Below are positions 56,969 to 64,000 of a DNA stretch of 64,000 bases, piece after piece (the stretch's first letter is position 1; the number at the start of each line of letters is the position of its first letter). The notes under the pieces are model-generated. The model made no database searches and was not told the DNA's origin. It was given only the letters and a program-made list of their open reading frames with translations. Made by a program: the position numbers and the translations under genes. The DNA is taken from positions 26,840 to 90,839 of the IMG/VR virus record IMGVR_UViG_3300032303_002515; one strand, 5' to 3'. This DNA is from a virus. Taxonomy: Duplodnaviria > Caudoviricetes.

Positions 56969-57337
56969 ATGGCAAAGCACACGGACACTCGGCGGTACAT
57001 CGGTAAGTTCGGGGTTGACTCTGGGCAGGTGCTCATTGGCGACCCGTGCTATCTCGGCGACTTCGTCAATGACGACTTTGAGCCGCACAAGCAATCCGAG
57101 GACTTCACCTATTCGTACAGCGGGGCTTGCAATCGCACCCTGACTGACGATAGGGCTGGCGGCATCGGCAAGTTCGGCTCAATGGCGGTCGTCTCCTCAA
57201 CTGGGTATGGCGATGGGGTCTACCCTGTCTACGCTACCTACAACGAGGATGGTCGCATCGTCAAGCTGGAAATCTTGTTTGAGGATGACGGAACCGACGC
57301 AATGGAAGGCGACGACGAGGAGGAGGACAATGCGTAA
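56969..57337 (+). CDS. DUF4241-like protein
   Basis: FGVDSGQVLIGDP...STGYGDGVYPVY...IVKLEI. Confidence 0.7.
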   Translation: MAKHTDTRRYIGKFGVDSGQVLIGDPCYLGDFVNDDFEPHKQSEDFTYSYSGACNRTLTDDRAGGIGKFGSMAVVSSTGYGDGVYPVYATYNEDGRIVKLEILFEDDGTDAMEGDDEEEDNA

Positions 57338-57623
57338 GGTACTCGCCCATAAGGGCTGCGAGCACCGAGGGGACAACCCACGCGGCGTCTATGCCTACAC
57401 CAAGCTGTACGCTTCTGCGAATCCAGAAATCTCTAGCACTGGTGAAGTGGTCTGGGAGACTGGAGCCCCTTGGGAGGGCCCGCTGTATGCGTATGAACTT
57501 GTCTGTTTTGATTGCGACACCACCATCCTGTTGATGGAGGAGATTGAGACCTACAAGTTGAGCTATGCGGTTGAGCATTACCCAACCGACTACAATGTCG
57601 AGGTAATCGAAGTTAGCGATTAG
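57330..57623 (+). CDS. Hypothetical protein
   Basis: AGGAGGACAATG start at 57330. Confidence 0.65.
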   Translation: MRKVLAHKGCEHRGDNPRGVYAYTKLYASANPEISSTGEVVWETGAPWEGPLYAYELVCFDCDTTILLMEEIETYKLSYAVEHYPTDYNVEVIEVSD

Positions 57624-57721
57624 GCAAGACGCTTGACCCGCAGGACACCCCACTTAGGGGTCGCGGGAAACTATGGGGCGGATTTGGTGTCCTCCAGTCC
57701 GCCCCTACTTAGGAGTGGCGC

Positions 57722-57937
57722 GTGATTATCAACCCTGATGAGCAGCTACCGAAGCTTCACCTGAGCGTGAAGAAGGGCGCGCTGGTCATCCGTTTTCCGC
57801 TTGAACCTTTGAACGCCATCGTTCGAGCTACCACCCTGATGCAGACAGGAGAGTTTGCTGAGGTGGCGAACCGCGTCATCAAGACAGGCGTAGCTGAGGT
57901 GCTGGACATTCCCCGATACCCCGAATGGGGGTATTGA
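57722..57937 (+). CDS. Hypothetical protein
   Basis: AGGAG RBS, GTG start. Confidence 0.55.
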   Translation: MIINPDEQLPKLHLSVKKGALVIRFPLEPLNAIVRATTLMQTGEFAEVANRVIKTGVAEVLDIPRYPEWGY

Positions 57938-58005
57938 CAAGATGATACGAGGTGTTGTAAGGTTCAGTAGTGCGGGGCTTCCCGCGTAGGACATAGGAGG
58001 ACACG

Positions 58006-58803
58006 ATGCCAAACTGGTGCGTAAACCAACTGGATGTTCAGGGCGACGAGGTAGAGGTCGCACGGCTTATCGAACTGGTCAAGGGCGACCAAGACGCATT
58101 CGACTTTGCCGAGATTGTGCCGATTCCCGACAGCCCTTACTACGCAGTCAACGAGGGTCAGAACGATTTCCTCTGTGGCTGTAAGAAGGTCTGGGTTGAG
58201 ACAAAGGCGCAGGTCGGCAAGTACGACGAGGTAGGCTACGAGAAGGCTGAAGGACATTGGGAGGCGAACGGCTTGCCTATTGTCAAGGAAGTGCTAGACA
58301 ACGGCACGATTCGCGATTCCGTTGCGGCAATGTTCGGCGGCTCAGAAGTCTGCCCAGTCCACAAGGTCGGACAGATTTCGGCGCAGCCTGACTGGTGGTA
58401 CAACTGGAATGTTGCCAACTGGGGAACCAAGTGGAACTGCCACGATGTTTGGCACGACCGCGACGACGATTCGGTTGTTGAGGGCAAGACCTCGTACAAC
58501 TTTGATACGGCGTGGAGTCCTGCGAGTCCTGTGATTCACGCGCTCTCTGGGCTGTTCCCAACGCTCACTCTTACGCATCGCTATTGCGAAGGCGGTATGG
58601 GGTTTGCGGGTGAGGTGATGTATCACTCAGGCAACGAAATCTCGCACCAAGAGTACGACGGCGACACCGATAAGTTGCCAGATGACGCCTACCTTCTCAA
58701 CGCAGATGGCGAGCGTGGGTACGACAGGGACTACGACAAGGTTCCGATGACCGCGTTTGAGTCCTTCTGCGACGAGCACTTCGGCGGAGTCGTCGGGGGC
58801 TGA
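58006..58803 (+). CDS. DUF1281/YubB ferredoxin-like domain protein
   Basis: MPNWCVNQL...FDF..IVPIP...WYNWNVANWGTKWN...FDTAWSP...Y.EGGMGFAG. Confidence 0.85.
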   Translation: MPNWCVNQLDVQGDEVEVARLIELVKGDQDAFDFAEIVPIPDSPYYAVNEGQNDFLCGCKKVWVETKAQVGKYDEVGYEKAEGHWEANGLPIVKEVLDNGTIRDSVAAMFGGSEVCPVHKVGQISAQPDWWYNWNVANWGTKWNCHDVWHDRDDDSVVEGKTSYNFDTAWSPASPVIHALSGLFPTLTLTHRYCEGGMGFAGEVMYHSGNEISHQEYDGDTDKLPDDAYLLNADGERGYDRDYDKVPMTAFESFCDEHFGGVVGG

Positions 58804-58991
58804 GTTATCAGTCGTGGCTACGGCAGCGCGCCTAATGCGCTACTGCGACAAGCCTCTTGCGTCTTGACCTGCGTAAGAGGGCCGCTACGACAGGGGGGAG
58901 TGTCAGCTCGATGCTCCCCCCACTTGACAATCTAATACTGAGGTCTTAGTATTCTAGGTACGGGGCTTCCCGTGGAGCAAAGGAGGACATA

Positions 58992-59378
58992 ATGGCAACA
59001 GGATGGAATCTGGTACACGATGAGTCGCTGCGGTCTGACCGCGTGCTGACGATTTGGCGCAACGAGAGCACCGACCGCACGCTGTTTGAGGTCAATCGTG
59101 AGGGGCTATACATTATGTATTACTTTACGGCTGCCGACGCACTCAACAACGACAATCAAGCCGCAAACATTTGCTACGGCTGGGACTTGTTGATGTCCGA
59201 GGGCGATGACGCAGTACGCGGCGCGTGGATGAATCGGGTTGCCGACAACATTGGCAACGATGTGATGACCTGCGAGCACGGCGTAGAGCCTTGCGAGCGG
59301 ATGTTCCACGCGGCTCAGGTGATTCTGGGCAATGAGGATGAGGACAACTGCGCCCTTTGCGTGGAGGTGAACAAGTGA
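58992..59378 (+). CDS. Hypothetical protein
   Basis: AGGAGGACATAATG; C-terminal Cys cluster. Confidence 0.7.
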   Translation: MATGWNLVHDESLRSDRVLTIWRNESTDRTLFEVNREGLYIMYYFTAADALNNDNQAANICYGWDLLMSEGDDAVRGAWMNRVADNIGNDVMTCEHGVEPCERMFHAAQVILGNEDEDNCALCVEVNK

Positions 59379-59845
59379 GCGGACAACTAGACCCCTGCGT
59401 ATCCTGTAAGGAAGTTCTGTTCTACGCCGACGAGAAGGTCGTCGGTACTTGGAACGGCGAGCCAAACACGCGCTTTGATGTGTTGGACTTTGACCAGTAC
59501 GCCGATGGCGTGCCAGAGGGCTATCAGGTCTATTGCTTGGACTGCGCCCCTTGCGAGTGCGAGTTCCACCCACCATTCATGTCGGACAATCAAGCCGCTG
59601 CCGATGGTTGGTGCTTCCTGCCTGACTGCCCGTTTGCGCTGAACCGCGATGGCGATGCTAACTGGCACCGACACTACAACGACATCCCACGGGAGTCGGC
59701 AAGCGAGTGCCTGTGCCGTGATGTGGATTACGCCCCGTGCGGCTTGTGCGACCCAGACGAAGGCGTGGACACGGGCGACAACCCAGAGGGCTGCTCTGCC
59801 CCAGTCTGTATGGCTTGTGGGTACACCACAAACCAGATTCAGTAG
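59375..59845 (+). CDS. Cys-rich acidic hypothetical protein
   Basis: GTGA-coupled; several CxxC motifs. Confidence 0.6.
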   Translation: MSGQLDPCVSCKEVLFYADEKVVGTWNGEPNTRFDVLDFDQYADGVPEGYQVYCLDCAPCECEFHPPFMSDNQAAADGWCFLPDCPFALNRDGDANWHRHYNDIPRESASECLCRDVDYAPCGLCDPDEGVDTGDNPEGCSAPVCMACGYTTNQIQ

Positions 59846-59893
59846 TGTATAGTTAGGTTGCGGGCGTACGCCCGTTCTAGCTAGGAGGGTTGT

Positions 59894-60202
59894 ATGACCT
59901 ATCGAAACGAAAAGGGCTATCTCACTTACGGAGGTCTCGCAGTCGAGCGTGCGTTGGCAGCGGCTAACTCACACACGGGCCAGCCAGACCAAGAGGCACT
60001 CGCGGCTATTGCCGACCTCGTCATCCGTGGCAAGCAGGAGGATTCGAACCTTCAGGCTGCTGCGCGATTCGAAGCGGCACTTGGCGAGCTACTTGCTGAC
60101 CTGCTCTGGACAGCAGACGCGGCCTCGGTCTCCTTTGACGCGGCACTTGCCTTCGCGAAGACGAAGTTCGAGTCCGAGAAGAAGCTCGACGCAGCCAAGT
60201 AA
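59894..60202 (+). CDS. Helical hypothetical protein
   Basis: AGGAGG RBS; ELLADLL...FDAALAFA. Confidence 0.65.
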   Translation: MTYRNEKGYLTYGGLAVERALAAANSHTGQPDQEALAAIADLVIRGKQEDSNLQAAARFEAALGELLADLLWTADAASVSFDAALAFAKTKFESEKKLDAAK

Positions 60203-60295
60203 TCTCTGCCCCTAGGGGGCTTGACAATCTAATACCTGTGGCTTTATGATGCCCCTAGTGGCATTTGCCACAGGTATTTTTTGTAGGAGGACACA

Positions 60296-60547
60296 ATGGC
60301 ATTGGTCAATCACGATGCTCTCCTCGCTGAGCGCAAGGGGATGAGCCTAGAGGAGTCGGAAACCCATTACATCAAGACGGAGATGCTTGACCCGCTTGTT
60401 GGCGGCGTCATCGTTGGCGGCTTTGTAGACAGCGACTTCCCTGTGCTCCGCGTAATGATCAAGGGTAAGGTCTATCAAGTCGTCGTCTCTATGGATGACG
60501 AGATGAACGGCGGCGGTCGCCTGATGATTGACGAGGAGATTGCCTGA
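60296..60547 (+). CDS. Hypothetical protein
   Basis: AGGAGGACACAATG. Confidence 0.7.
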   Translation: MALVNHDALLAERKGMSLEESETHYIKTEMLDPLVGGVIVGGFVDSDFPVLRVMIKGKVYQVVVSMDDEMNGGGRLMIDEEIA

Positions 60548-60912
60548 TGGAAAGCCACGCAGTTCTGATTCGCGCCAACGGAGAAGTTGCGTTCCCTGTC
60601 TACAAGGACTTTGCGGGTCTTCGCGAGGAGGTCTCGTACAAGTGGTTTGAGGTGGCACGACGCGGTCGAGCTGGAGACCCAGACGATCGGATGGTTCCTG
60701 TCCTGATGCTGTGCGACGAAGACGGGCTGACCAACGCGCCCCACGACACCAATGTGCTTGCGTCGAAGATTGCTGAACAGCACATCGTTGGCGATGTCTT
60801 TATCCTCTGCGATGCTGGAGAAGACTTGCGTGGATTTACTGCTGACGAGTTGGCGATTGTTCGCGCAACAATGTTGGAAACCCTTTCCACAATGGACAGC
60901 CTAGAGGTCTAG
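60547..60912 (+). CDS. DUF3846-like protein
   Basis: VLIRANG...LREEV...MLCDEDG...NVLAS...IVGDVFI. Confidence 0.65.
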   Translation: MESHAVLIRANGEVAFPVYKDFAGLREEVSYKWFEVARRGRAGDPDDRMVPVLMLCDEDGLTNAPHDTNVLASKIAEQHIVGDVFILCDAGEDLRGFTADELAIVRATMLETLSTMDSLEV

Positions 60913-60932
60913 GACTATCCACAAATAGGGGT

Positions 60933-61512
60933 CAAACTATCCACGAATGGGTTTGAGGGGTGTCAAGCCCCCTACCCGTGCTCCCAGCTACCAAATGTGA
61001 TACGGTTTTGCCCATTTTCGGGGCTAGGAGCGATGGTACTTTGCTGGGTAATACCAAGACACCACTTTGGGGTTTCTTATGGCCCAGCGTTGCGCAAATC
61101 TGGCAGTTCGACCCATTGCCAGGGTGGACTGCCGACCCCCCTTTTCTGAAACCCCCGGTATAGGGTTCTCTAGGAACTAACTGAAGCTCCCTAGCTTCAA
61201 ATAAGAACATTCACAACACTAGAAATAAGATAATTGGCTGGAGTTCTGAATGAACGTAGTGAATGAAGAACTACCAGCACCGTAAGGTTAGACCAATCCC
61301 TAGGTGAATAGAGACTTTCTAAGCGTATGAAGATAGAGCTAGGGTTCTCATTTATTCCTAACAACTGAAATAACTATAACTCCTAGATATATATATATAT
61401 TCCTATTCGGCGGCTCCACCGCAGTGTACCACAGCCAAAAGAAGAGAGTCGGCACAGCAAAAGAAAATACTGCATTTGTAAAAGAACAGATGTTCTAATC
61501 GTGGATAGTTTG
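60933..61512. repeat. 14-bp perfect inverted repeat flanking AT-rich non-coding segment
   Basis: CAAACTATCCACGA (60933-60946) and TCGTGGATAGTTTG (61499-61512); extra ACTATCCACA at 60914. Confidence 0.85.
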
Positions 61513-61626
61513 TGCGTAAATCGAATGTAACAAATCAGGGGTGGCACAAAGTTTGACAGACACAACATCGTCGGCTATTCTCTGGGCAAGAGAGGTTGAT
61601 TCTTCTCCACAGGTCATAGTGAAAGG

Positions 61627-62154
61627 ATGAGGAAGATGGAAGTACAGCAGGTACAAGCGTCGCTGCGCGCAGCGTTGGGCGACCGCAACAGCCAGATGGC
61701 AACGGACTATTTGGAGGGCAAGATGTCGCTCTCGCAGTTGGCAGGCAAGTACAACCTGAGCCGCCAGCGCATTAGCCAGTTGTTCAAGAAGATGGGCATT
61801 GAGACGCGACCAAGCTCGGTGGCATCCCAGTACCGCCTTCCTGCGCGGGATTATGTAGCTATTGCTGCTCGTGCGGTTGAGTTGGGTTCCGCCCGTGCCG
61901 CTGCTGAGGAGTTTGCCTTGACCCTTGGTCAGGTGAACTATGCGCTTCAGAAGACGGAGCAGTCTGTCTATCAGCAGAAGTTCCGTGAGCCAAAGGTGAT
62001 TGCTGAGATTCTGGCGGCGTATACCGACGGAGTTTTGACACTTAGGGAAATCGGCGAGAAGTACGGAACAAGCGCGCAGTATGTCAATACGATTCTTCGC
62101 CGCAACGGCGTGGTCGGTGGGCGTAAGCGCGGTCGTCGCCCAAAGGCGAAGTGA
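61627..62154 (+). CDS. Tandem triple-HTH DNA-binding protein (sigma region 4-like)
   Basis: SLSQLAGKYNLSRQRISQLF; SARAAAEEFALTLGQVNYAL; TLREIGEKYGTSAQYVNTIL. Confidence 0.75.
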   Translation: MRKMEVQQVQASLRAALGDRNSQMATDYLEGKMSLSQLAGKYNLSRQRISQLFKKMGIETRPSSVASQYRLPARDYVAIAARAVELGSARAAAEEFALTLGQVNYALQKTEQSVYQQKFREPKVIAEILAAYTDGVLTLREIGEKYGTSAQYVNTILRRNGVVGGRKRGRRPKAK

Positions 62155-62238
62155 GCGATAGGGGGCTTGACAACAGGCTCCCTATCCATTACCTTTGTAG
62201 TTGCCCCACTTGGGGTTGTTAGGAAATAGGAGGACACG

Positions 62239-62682
62239 ATGGGCTACTATGTGAACGGCGAGGGCAGCCTCACCATCAAGAACGCGAATCTCCCTGCGGC
62301 GTATGCGGCGCTGATGGCGCTCCAAGACGCACCAGACGAGGCAAAGCACGGCGGCTCGTTCAGCGCAACGGAAACCCGTTTCTGGTATTCGTGGATGCCA
62401 GAGGACTTGCGAACTATCCCAACCGTTCAGGATGTATTCCGCGAGTTGGGCTTTGAGGTTGAGGTAGACGGCGATACGGGCGATGTCCTTATCGGTCGCT
62501 ACGATTCCAAGATGGGGCAAGAGGAAGTGTTCTTTGCCGCCGCTGCGCCGTTCATTGAGAGCGGTGAGTACGAGTGGAAGGGCGAGGATGGCGAGTTTTG
62601 GAAGTGGTCGTTTACGGATGGCAAGATGTTCCATCTGAACGGAACGCGCTCCTACGGACACGCTTCTATCGTTTTGGTCTAG
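62239..62682 (+). CDS. Conserved phage hypothetical protein
   Basis: MGYYVNGEGSL...YDSKMGQEE...APFIESG..EWKGEDGEFWKW; AGGAGGACACGATG. Confidence 0.75.
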   Translation: MGYYVNGEGSLTIKNANLPAAYAALMALQDAPDEAKHGGSFSATETRFWYSWMPEDLRTIPTVQDVFRELGFEVEVDGDTGDVLIGRYDSKMGQEEVFFAAAAPFIESGEYEWKGEDGEFWKWSFTDGKMFHLNGTRSYGHASIVLV

Positions 62683-62755
62683 GCACTTGACGGGGTTGCG
62701 GCTATCGTTTATGATTGTCGCAGCCCCGTTGGGCTATTGAGAGAAGGAGGACACG

Positions 62756-62977
62756 ATGACTTTGGCAGCAGCAGCAGGGATGCGGAACTGCGTAATGTGC
62801 CGCGTGCTTACCGACGATTGGTATGTGGCAGACAACAACGAGTCGGGCGTGAAGCATACCTATTGCTCCAAGTGCGAGGAGCGTCGCTCGGAGAAGTACG
62901 GCTGCGCAATGATGCTCTCAGAAGGAGCAACTTGCGATAGCGGCGCGTGCGGCTGCGGCGGAGAGGGGGTCTACTAA
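62756..62977 (+). CDS. Cys-rich small protein
   Basis: CVMC...CSKC...CDSGACGC. Confidence 0.65.
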   Translation: MTLAAAAGMRNCVMCRVLTDDWYVADNNESGVKHTYCSKCEERRSEKYGCAMMLSEGATCDSGACGCGGEGVY

Positions 62978-63114
62978 TGAGCACGATGGTTTGGTGCGAC
63001 GACTGCAAGCGCAATGAGGTTGTTTGCGAGTGCGTGGACAATCCCGTTCGGGATAATGCGTGCTACGAGTTGGAGCAGTCGGAGAAGTGTACGCATAAGG
63101 AGAAGGCAGGATGA
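62977..63114 (+). CDS. 45-aa Cys-rich micro-ORF (not in ORF track)
   Basis: MSTMVWCDDCKRNEVVCEC...; coupled at both ends. Confidence 0.5.
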   Translation: MSTMVWCDDCKRNEVVCECVDNPVRDNACYELEQSEKCTHKEKAG

Positions 63115-63401
63115 CCTCTTATCCACCACGCAGTAATAAGTTTGCGCTACGAGCTCATCGGGGGCACATCCTTACGATTGCGACATACGGCGCGTTATTC
63201 GGTAAGCGCGACCCTGAGCAGCGGCCAAGCGTGTTATCCAGCGCGCGAAGTCGTGAGGAGATTGCTAACTTAGCCTTAGAGTGCGAAGACTGCTTTGAAA
63301 CCCTGCTGGACTTTGATGTGAACGACGAGGAGGAACTCCTCCGAGCAGAGAAGGCGTGCGGCGACGCAATGAAGTACTTGACGGCTGCTAAGACTTCGTA
63401 G
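63111..63401 (+). CDS. Hypothetical protein
   Basis: HRGHILTIATYG...LECEDCFETL. Confidence 0.65.
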   Translation: MTSYPPRSNKFALRAHRGHILTIATYGALFGKRDPEQRPSVLSSARSREEIANLALECEDCFETLLDFDVNDEEELLRAEKACGDAMKYLTAAKTS

Positions 63402-63446
63402 TAAGATTGCTTTGCCCCACTTGGGGTGAGCGTAAAGGAGGACACA

Positions 63447-63716
63447 ATGAGCGACGAGCAGCAGACCGAGAAGTTGTACGAGGTTCATGTTTCTAGCGTT
63501 TCCGACTTTGTTGCGTATGTCCGTGCCAAGAACGCGATTGACGCAGCCCACGATGCGACGGAGCAGGGCATCGGCGATTGGAACTTTGAGCAGACCGAGC
63601 ACATCGCCAACTCTGTTGCGTACATTGACGAGGTGAGCGATGAGCGTTTCCCAGAGTGGGAGAATCCAAAGGGCTTGGGCTACTGCCCATCGTGCGCCCA
63701 TTGTAATCAGTTGTAG
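63447..63716 (+). CDS. Acidic hypothetical protein
   Basis: AGGAGGACACAATG; terminal CPSCAHC. Confidence 0.65.
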   Translation: MSDEQQTEKLYEVHVSSVSDFVAYVRAKNAIDAAHDATEQGIGDWNFEQTEHIANSVAYIDEVSDERFPEWENPKGLGYCPSCAHCNQL

Positions 63717-63724
63717 GAGGGGCT

Positions 63725-64000
63725 ATGGCAAGTATCAAGTTGTCCCAGATTCAGGACTTTGCGTTAGGGCAACACCTTAGCGAGTGGGGCGGTAAGTCCT
63801 ACGACGAGGTGATGGCCGCAATGCGGGGTGCGGATAGCCCAGAGGTGGATTTTGCTGATTGGTCGGCCACGGGCGTGGTTCCGTGGGAGCCGTTTGAGAA
63901 CGAGTTGCCGCGATACTTGGTATCGTGGATTGGCAACACGGTGTACATCCTTCGCGGACTCTTTGAGTCGGCAGGTGTAGAAGTAGTTGAGTGGGAGTAA
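63725..64000 (+). CDS. Hypothetical protein
   Basis: AGGAGG RBS; stop at the window end. Confidence 0.6.
   Translation: MASIKLSQIQDFALGQHLSEWGGKSYDEVMAAMRGADSPEVDFADWSATGVVPWEPFENELPRYLVSWIGNTVYILRGLFESAGVEVVEWE

Larger units (their letters stand above)
55756..63449 (+). promoter_or_regulatory. Array of nine sigma70-type promoters with 5' hairpins and conserved AGGAGGACA(C/T) RBS
   Basis: -35 boxes at 55756, 56898, 57934, 58924, 60221, 61553, 62167 (TTGACA), 62687, 63378 (TTGACG), each 17-18 nt from a TAnnnT box. Confidence 0.85.

Noticed and set aside
5399-57036. Long opposite-strand ORFs (e.g. 5399-6157, 9257-9988, 29779-30405, 34378-35196, 52336-53076, 56251-57036)
   Set aside because: Shadow frames of well-supported genes or low-complexity repeats; no RBS or recognisable motifs.
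57633-59853. Additional promoters at 57633 (TTGACC) and 59848 (TATAGT)
   Set aside because: Each lacks a correctly spaced partner box, so neither was counted among the nine.
60932-61210. 92-aa minus-strand ORF in the inverted-repeat region
   Set aside because: No RBS, opposite to all neighbours, no motif; treated as non-coding.
55756-63449. Repeated intergenic sequences as a CRISPR array
   Set aside because: The repeats are short, degenerate promoter/RBS elements separated by whole genes, not constant repeats with ~30-40-nt spacers; no cas genes seen.
1-64000. Alternative genetic code or stop-codon readthrough
   Set aside because: Very long ORFs are intact in the standard code, genes are tightly coupled, and no suppressor tRNA was found.

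Overview
This window is part of a tailed dsDNA phage genome with siphovirus-like tail genes; no portal, capsid or replication genes are visible. The host is probably a monoderm, GC-rich bacterium (inferred from the C39-like endolysin plus holin, strong AGGAGG RBSs and sigma70-type promoters). Layout: (1) 1-29.2 kb (+): a giant 5,311-aa tape-measure protein (TMP, possibly 5'-partial), a 2,812-aa hub/tail-tip protein, a tail fibre with an S74 chaperone, a lysis cassette and an H1-like protein. (2) 29.3-36.7 kb (-): membrane/secreted proteins and a second fibre/decoration operon. (3) 36.8-38.7 kb (+): terminase small and large subunits. (4) 38.7-55.1 kb, mostly (-): subtilase, glycosyltransferases, DUF1599, NusG, gmd/fcl (GDP-fucose), a LexA-like HTH, small Cys-rich proteins, an RlpA-like protein and three tRNAs (Ile-UAU, Arg-UCU, Leu-UAA). 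(5) 55.1-55.6 kb: a G-run/GTTAT-iteron non-coding strand switch. (6) 55.7-64 kb (+): small early-type genes, each behind a repeated promoter/stem-loop/AGGAGGACAC cassette. Standout observation: the TMP looks like an effector polyprotein. Its N-terminal ~1,930 aa contain a HicA-like RNase, two HipA/PI4K-like kinases, a GNAT and a zincin. These modules are separated by eight copies of an [EQ]-hydrophobic-[SA]-[KR]-[KR]-S-G linker that resembles a processing site, and a second repeated motif (R-A-x-G-G) brackets extra modules at the C-terminus. All domain calls come from reading motifs by eye; no searches were run.
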